A DNA stretch of 59,755 nucleotides, counting the filler. It is 6 parts of 6 records of this genome, joined end to end, with 100 filler letters (N's around TTAATTAATTAA, not from the genome) between each part and the next. Parts side by side here need not be neighbours in the genome. Positions count along the whole stretch, not along the records: positions 51,636 to 59,755 come from SRR2962707_437; 5 more parts are not named here. One strand, written 5' to 3'. Shown here piece by piece: positions 54,755 to 59,755 of this stretch (position 1 is the stretch's first letter; every line of letters starts with the position of its first letter). A program made the translations under genes and the position numbers. The notes below the pieces were generated by a model that worked only from the letters and a program-made list of their open reading frames with translations, ran no database searches and was not told where the DNA came from.

Positions 54755-55756
54755 TCATGGCATCTCGATAATCACGTCGCCCGCCTTGGTTTCCTGTTCG
54801 ACGTAGCGGTGCGCTTCGGCGATGGCGTCGAGCGGCATCACACGGTCGATAACGCCATGCAGGACGCCCTGTTCGACCAGTTGGGCCAGTACCAGCATGT
54901 CCTTGGCCTTCTCGGGCAGGGCGCGCAGACCAGTGGTTGCCAGCTTGCCGCGTTTACCTTGCGCATCCTTGCCGCGCAGCATGGCCCACAGGATGGCGAG
55001 CGAAGGTGTTGTCGTAAGGTAGATGCCGCCGGGCTTCAGCGCCCTGCGGCATGCCAGAAAGCTGCTTTTACCAACCACGTCAAAGATCACGTCATAGGCC
55101 GCGTTTGCCGTGGTGAAGTCGGTGGTGCGGCGGTCGATGATTGTATCGGCGCCAAGGCCGGACACCAGCTCGGCGTTGCGCGCACTGCACACCGCCGTCA
55201 CCCGGGCGCCCATGTGGCGGGCCAGTTGTACGGCCACGGTGCCGATGCTGCCCGCCGCGCCGTTGATGAGGATCGACTGGCCCGGCTGGAGTTTGGCCTC
55301 GTCACGCAGAAATGGCATGGCCGTCAGAAAGCTGTAGGTCAGGCCCGCCGCTTCGCCGAAATCGAGCGCGTCGGGCATGATGGCGAGCGGCGCATCCTCG
55401 GCAATGGCGACGTACTGGGCCATAGCGGAGGGCTCGGGGTCGGTGGTGCCGAACACGCGATCGCCGGGCGAAAACCGGGTGACATTTTCACCCACGGCTT
55501 CGATTTCTCCGGCCACCGCGCCGCCTGGAATTGGCGATTTGGGACGGAACAATCCTGTGAAAAACCGCACGATGAAAGGGTCTGCGGCCCGGAAGGCGCA
55601 ATCGGGCAGGGTGACGGTCGAAGCGCGCATGCGGATCAGCACGTCGTTGGCCCCGATAACCGGCATTGCGGTTTCGCGCACGGTGATCACTTCGGGAGGG
55701 CCGTAGCGCTCGATCCATGCAGCCTTGATCTTGTAGGGGGTTACGGACTGGGTCAT
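54755..55756 (-). CDS. NAD(P)-dependent medium-chain dehydrogenase/reductase (quinone oxidoreductase-like)
   Basis: YGPPEV, AGEIEAVG..V..F.PGDRV, INGAAGSIG, YDVIFDVVG, AEAHRY. Confidence 0.9.
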   Translation of the reverse strand: MTQSVTPYKIKAAWIERYGPPEVITVRETAMPVIGANDVLIRMRASTVTLPDCAFRAADPFIVRFFTGLFRPKSPIPGGAVAGEIEAVGENVTRFSPGDRVFGTTDPEPSAMAQYVAIAEDAPLAIMPDALDFGEAAGLTYSFLTAMPFLRDEAKLQPGQSILINGAAGSIGTVAVQLARHMGARVTAVCSARNAELVSGLGADTIIDRRTTDFTTANAAYDVIFDVVGKSSFLACRRALKPGGIYLTTTPSLAILWAMLRGKDAQGKRGKLATTGLRALPEKAKDMLVLAQLVEQGVLHGVIDRVMPLDAIAEAHRYVEQETKAGDVIIEMP

Positions 55757-55980
55757 TGGATGTCCTCGTCGTATTGGAACGCCTCTTCGAGCGGAACGCT
55801 GAAGGCGCGCGCTATCCGGAAGGCGACTTCAAGAGAGGGCGAATAGCGCCCCTGTTCGATGGCCACCACCGTCTGGCGGGTCACGCCGACCTTTTCGGCC
55901 AGCGCCGCCTGGGTCATTTCCCCGGCATGGAAGCGCAGGGTGCGGATGGTGTTGGAGATCTTTGGTTTTCCCTTGCCCAT
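55753..55980 (-). CDS. XRE-family HTH transcriptional regulator
   Basis: MTQAALAEKVGVTRQTVVAIEQGRYSPSLEVAFRIA. Confidence 0.93.
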   Translation of the reverse strand: MGKGKPKISNTIRTLRFHAGEMTQAALAEKVGVTRQTVVAIEQGRYSPSLEVAFRIARAFSVPLEEAFQYDEDIQ

Positions 55981-55985
55981 CCGAT

Positions 55986-56414
55986 CTATCCGATCCGGTA
56001 GTAGACGAGCTGGGATGCCGCAAAAACGCCGCCGGCCAGCATGGAAATACCGAACAGCACATGGGGCACCATTACCGTGTCGAGGCCCAGCGCCAGTGCG
56101 ACGATGACGCCGGCGGTGGCCACCGAGAGCACGCCGTACCCGTTGCGCATGGCGCGGGCGCCAACCGCCAGATCGCGTTCGTCCCCGGCCTCATCGACCA
56201 GTTCCTCGCGCTGGATGATGCTGACCACGATTGTGACGAGGATGGATGCGACGATGTTGAAGATAATGACATAAAATATGGCCCAGAGCATTTGCCAGGC
56301 TCCGGCGGACACGTCGGCCGGAGGGCCGTCATTTATGAGCCGCCAGCCCACCCATGCCGAAAAGATGAGAGCACTCGTTACCATGATGGCAGCGTTCCAT
56401 TGTTTGTAGCTCAT
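55986..56414 (-). CDS. Four-TM membrane protein with DERD motif (type commonly paired with XRE regulators)
   Basis: Four hydrophobic helices, GDERD between TM2 and TM3, C-terminal YYR; 5 nt upstream of the XRE gene. Confidence 0.8.
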   Translation of the reverse strand: MSYKQWNAAIMVTSALIFSAWVGWRLINDGPPADVSAGAWQMLWAIFYVIIFNIVASILVTIVVSIIQREELVDEAGDERDLAVGARAMRNGYGVLSVATAGVIVALALGLDTVMVPHVLFGISMLAGGVFAASQLVYYRIG

Positions 56415-56467
56415 TTGGCTTTTCCCGTTCTTGTGTGCGGCGAGGAATAGGGCTCAAATTCGCATAA

Positions 56468-56498
56468 GTCAAGTTTTTTTGACATAGAGTCAAAAAAA
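56468..56498. promoter_or_regulatory. Overlapping palindromes, probable operator of the XRE regulator
   Basis: GTCAA-N6-TTGAC (56468-56483) and tttttttgac-ataga-gtcaaaaaaa (56474-56498), 55-85 nt upstream of the operon start. Confidence 0.55.
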
Positions 56499-56631
56499 CC
56501 GGATTACGAGTCGTGTTTACCGGACCTGTTGCCATGCGTGCCGTATTTCACTGACGGGCCGGATTTTGTCGGGCATGGTTGTCGGAAACCCGTCCGGTGG
56601 GCCGTCTTAATGACAGGCAGGGAGAACGGCG

Positions 56632-57300
56632 ATGACCATTACGATTACCGCTTTTGAAAGCTCGCCCGATGGCGGCAGGGGCCTGGCGCGGGACATGCGG
56701 GTGCGCTGGGCGCTTGAAGAGGTGGGCCGGCCCTACGCGGTTCGCCTTGTTTCGTTCAAGGAAATGAAGGAGCCCAGCCACCTCGCCCTGCATCCGTTCG
56801 GGCAGATTCCGACCTATGAGGAGGACGATCTCGTCCTGTTCGAAACGGGGGCGATCGTGTTTCACATCGCCCAACACAACAAGGGTCTGTTGCCGGAGGA
56901 TGGAAATGGCAGGGCGCGCGCCATCGCCTGGATGTTTTCGGCGCTCAACACTGTGGAGCCGCCGATCGTCGAGCGCGAACAGTCCCGGTTCATTGTGGGC
57001 GACAAGCGCTGGTACGGCGAGTTGCTGCCCATCCTCGAAGATCGCGTTCGCGTGCGGCTCGATCAGCTTGCCGATCGGCTCGGCGATGTGCAATGGCTGG
57101 ACGGCGCGTTCAGCGCGGCCGATCTGATCATGGTTCTGGTGCTGCGCAGGCTGGAGCGGTCGGGCCTATTGGAAGAGTACCCCAACCTCTGCGCCTATAT
57201 CGCCCGCGGCGAGGCGCGGCCCGCCTACAAGCGTGCGTTCGAGGCGCAGCTAGCGGTCGCCAATCATGATCGAGGCGCCAAAGATGCCAAGCGCCAATAG
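56632..57300 (+). CDS. Glutathione S-transferase family protein
   Basis: RVRWALEE, HPFGQIP, LFETGAI, FSAADL, ARPAYKRA; RBS GGAGA. Confidence 0.92.
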   Translation: MTITITAFESSPDGGRGLARDMRVRWALEEVGRPYAVRLVSFKEMKEPSHLALHPFGQIPTYEEDDLVLFETGAIVFHIAQHNKGLLPEDGNGRARAIAWMFSALNTVEPPIVEREQSRFIVGDKRWYGELLPILEDRVRVRLDQLADRLGDVQWLDGAFSAADLIMVLVLRRLERSGLLEEYPNLCAYIARGEARPAYKRAFEAQLAVANHDRGAKDAKRQ

Positions 57301-57522
57301 GCCGAAGCCGAAGATCATGACGATGTTGGGATTGTGCACCCAGCCCATGGGGGCGAAGCGGCCAAGCCAGACCGGGTGATAGATCGCCACGCCGAAACCC
57401 GACCAGCCGCCCGCAAACACCGAATACAGCCGCTCGCGCCATTTCGCGCTGGGCAGCAGCCCCTTGATTGCGGCGACGAGGATCATCAGTCCGGCGACGG
57501 GGACGAGCAGGGTCTGGAGCAT
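57250..57522 (-). CDS. Small hypothetical membrane protein (90 aa, about 3 TM)
   Basis: MLQTLLVPVAGLMILVAAIKGLL...NIVMIFGFGLLALGIFGASIMI; GC-rich third positions; overlaps the GST 3' end. Confidence 0.55.
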   Translation of the reverse strand: MLQTLLVPVAGLMILVAAIKGLLPSAKWRERLYSVFAGGWSGFGVAIYHPVWLGRFAPMGWVHNPNIVMIFGFGLLALGIFGASIMIGDR

Positions 57523-57632
57523 GGCGCGCAGTTTCCGGTTGGACAACGCCGCTATACGCCCATCCGCGCGGCTTCGCCAGAGCGGTGATGTCACAGGTTG
57601 GGGGCTGAATTTGCCTGCCTTTGCCTTTGCCT

Positions 57633-58055
57633 TTAATCGCGCTTTTGCGTCAGCGCCATGCCGGCAATGATCATCGTCACCCCGATGGCGCTGGCGAGAA
57701 GGTTTTCGGTGTTGCCGCGCGCCAGATCGAGCAGGACGCCTGAAATCATCTGGCCGCCGATGACCAGCATGGCGGTGTTGATGGCGCCGATGCGGGCGAT
57801 CAGCCAGCTGCCCGAGGCAACGAAAACCACCCCGATCGTGCCGCCCAGATACGCATACCACGGCGCGCTCAATGCGCCTTCGGGCCACAATCCGCCGAGG
57901 ATCAGACCCAGGACCGTGAGCACGGCAAAGCCGACGACGTGGTTCCAGTAGGAGGCGATCAGCGCCGTTGTGGACAGGGCGAGCCGCCCGTTCAATTGCC
58001 GGGAAAGCGAAACGAGGATGCCCGCCAGCAGGGCGAAAAGGATGGCCGTGGTCAT
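57633..58055 (-). CDS. DMT-superfamily transporter, YdcZ/DUF606-like
   Basis: QLNGRL, APWYAYLGGTIG, GQMISGVLLD; ATG at 58055. Confidence 0.85.
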   Translation of the reverse strand: MTTAILFALLAGILVSLSRQLNGRLALSTTALIASYWNHVVGFAVLTVLGLILGGLWPEGALSAPWYAYLGGTIGVVFVASGSWLIARIGAINTAMLVIGGQMISGVLLDLARGNTENLLASAIGVTMIIAGMALTQKRD

Positions 58056-58057
58056 CG

Positions 58058-58543
58058 TCACCCCTGTCCGAAGATGATGATCATCGAGCCGGCAAAGATC
58101 AGCGCCAGCGCAGCGAAATCCTTGAGCCGGGGGATGCGTTTGGGCAGGCCGAACAGGCCCCAGCGGTCGGCGGCCAGCGAAAACAGCACTTGCCCGGCAA
58201 GACCCAGCGCAAGGGTTCCCGACAGCGCCAGCGGAGTGTTGACCGTGGTCGAGGTCAGCATCACCGTTACCGCGCCCGAGACGCCTCCGAGATAAGCCCA
58301 GAGCGGGGCGTGGGGCTTTTCGGTCGGCTTGGATCGCGGACCCAGGCGCAGCAGCGCCAGAAAGATCAGCGCGGCCACCGTGCCGGTGCCATGGGCCACC
58401 CACGAGGAATACATGGCCCCGCCGTGAAGCCCGACCAGCCCGTTGAAATCGACCATAAGGGTCAAAAGTCCGCCGCTGGCGAAGGCCAGAAGCAGGTGGA
58501 TCGGGGCGGGGCGCAATGCCGATGATGACGAGAGCGATGACAT
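58058..58543 (-). CDS. DMT-superfamily transporter, YdcZ/DUF606-like
   Basis: APLWAYLGGVSG, GQVLFSLAADRWGLFG; five hydrophobic helices. Confidence 0.85.
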   Translation of the reverse strand: MSSLSSSSALRPAPIHLLLAFASGGLLTLMVDFNGLVGLHGGAMYSSWVAHGTGTVAALIFLALLRLGPRSKPTEKPHAPLWAYLGGVSGAVTVMLTSTTVNTPLALSGTLALGLAGQVLFSLAADRWGLFGLPKRIPRLKDFAALALIFAGSMIIIFGQG

Positions 58544-58614
58544 GGCGAATCGTCCAGTGGGCGATACAATGGCTATAAGCGCAATCGCTCAGCCGCCAAA
58601 GGCAAAGTCTGGAC

Positions 58615-59109
58615 ATGACATCAACGCCGCCCATTCTCAAAACCGAGCGCCTGGTGCTGCAGGCCCCCAAAATGGCCGATTTCGAGGAATACGCGGCGTT
58701 GATGCAATCGGAGCGGGCCGTGCATATGGGCGGGCCGTTCGACCGCGAGGGTGCGTGGTACGCCTTCTGCCACGACACGGCCCAATGGCTACTGATGGGG
58801 CATGGGGCCCTCATGGTGGAAGCGGATGGCCAGACCGTGGGGCAGGTGGCGATCAATTTTGGGCCGCTGTTTCCCGAGCATGAATTGGGCTGGCTGGTCT
58901 ATGCGGGAGCCGAGGGCAAGGGCTACGCTCTGGAGGCGGCGCAGTGCCTTAAGGATTGGGCGCTCGATACCTTGGGGCTGCCCTCGCTGGTCAGCTATGT
59001 CGATCACGACAATCACCGCTCGCGGCGGCTCGCCGAACGGTTGGGCGCGGTGCTCGACGCTGACGCTGCGCGGCCCGATCCCGACGATCTGGTGTACCGG
59101 CACTGGTAG
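58615..59109 (+). CDS. GNAT N-acetyltransferase, RimJ/RimL-like
   Basis: LKTERLVL, ELGW, EGKGYALEAA, NHRSRRLAERLG. Confidence 0.9.
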   Translation: MTSTPPILKTERLVLQAPKMADFEEYAALMQSERAVHMGGPFDREGAWYAFCHDTAQWLLMGHGALMVEADGQTVGQVAINFGPLFPEHELGWLVYAGAEGKGYALEAAQCLKDWALDTLGLPSLVSYVDHDNHRSRRLAERLGAVLDADAARPDPDDLVYRHW

Positions 59110-59194
59110 CCGATAGCGAGAAACACTGTTGCGCGGCGATCTGTTGCCAGTCCCGCCCGCCGTGCCCATACTCGCTGCGAGGAGATTTGACGTT

Positions 59195-59755
59195 ATGCCG
59201 CATTCGCACCAGACCGTCGGTGGGGGCCCCAAGAAGGTCCTCTATACGCTGCAGACCGTGGCCCGCATGGGCGTGGGCAAGGCAGCCAAGGCGCTGACGG
59301 CAAAGAACACCTGCAAGGCCTGCGCCTATGGGATGGGCGGGCAGATGGGCGGCATGACCAACGAGCTGGGCGAGTTTCCCTCGGTCTGCAACAAGTCGGT
59401 TCAGGCGCAATCGACCGATGTGCAACCCCCCATTCCGCACGCCGTCTTTACTCATGAGCTTGACGACCTCAAGGAATTGACCGGCAAGGAGATGGAGCAT
59501 CTGGGACGGTTGGGCGACCCGGTTTATAAAGCCGCCAATTCGGACCGCTATGAAGTGGTCGAATGGGACTGGGCGCTCGATCACGCCGCCAAGCGGCTGC
59601 TGGCCACGGTGCCGGACCGGACGTTCTTTTATTCCTCGGGACGGTCATCGAATGAGGCGGGGTTTATCTTCCAGCTTCTGGCGCGGACCTTCGGCACCAA
59701 CAACGTCAACAACTGCTCGTATTTCTGCCATCAGGCGACCAGCGAGGGGCTGGCC
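59195..59755 (+). CDS. FdhF/YdeP-family molybdopterin oxidoreductase, N-terminal part (runs off window; not in ORF track)
   Basis: RBS GAGGAG; MPHSHQTVGGGPKK...CKACAYGMGG...FPSVCNKS...LGRL...FYSSGRSSNEAGF...FGTNNVNNCSYFCHQATSEGL. Confidence 0.9.
   Translation, partial: MPHSHQTVGGGPKKVLYTLQTVARMGVGKAAKALTAKNTCKACAYGMGGQMGGMTNELGEFPSVCNKSVQAQSTDVQPPIPHAVFTHELDDLKELTGKEMEHLGRLGDPVYKAANSDRYEVVEWDWALDHAAKRLLATVPDRTFFYSSGRSSNEAGFIFQLLARTFGTNNVNNCSYFCHQATSEGLA

Noticed and set aside
58056-58856. 407-aa fused DMT ORF
   Set aside because: The upstream part overlaps the second DMT gene in another frame and the GNAT antisense; the real start is 58055

Overview
The window is not one locus. It holds six unrelated contigs joined by identical 100-nt artificial linkers (44 N, TTAATTAATTAA, 44 N). 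Contigs 1-4 (1-7073, 7174-22703, 22804-30220, 30321-37092) come from a compact, intron-containing eukaryote with GT-AG introns of about 90-240 nt and the standard genetic code. A tubular-mastigoneme-type EGF protein points to a flagellated stramenopile. Manual splicing recovers genes that the ORF track fragments or misses: an acylphosphatase, a GAMT/RMT2-like methyltransferase, a single 4,498-aa ankyrin/EF-hand/IQ protein, a LamG-domain secreted protein, an EF-hand/ankyrin protein, a TPR protein and a large low-complexity protein with a RAMA domain (predicted modified-adenine DNA reader) split by two introns. Contig 5 (37193-51535) is alphaproteobacterial. It carries a ferredoxin-NADP reductase / diheme cytochrome c / PLP lyase cluster and the conserved tsaE-amgK-murU-addB-addA-trxA operon, then gloB. 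After gloB comes an AT-rich putative abortive-infection gene with a long leader hairpin and a REP-like element. Contig 6 (51636-59755) is probably a different alphaproteobacterium. It carries an MCP end, a NitT/TauT ABC transporter, a membrane protein-XRE-MDR operon, a GST, two DMT transporters, a GNAT and the start of an FdhF/YdeP oxidoreductase. No rRNA, tRNA, CRISPR array or transposase was recognised. All family assignments rest on motif recognition by eye, not on database searches.
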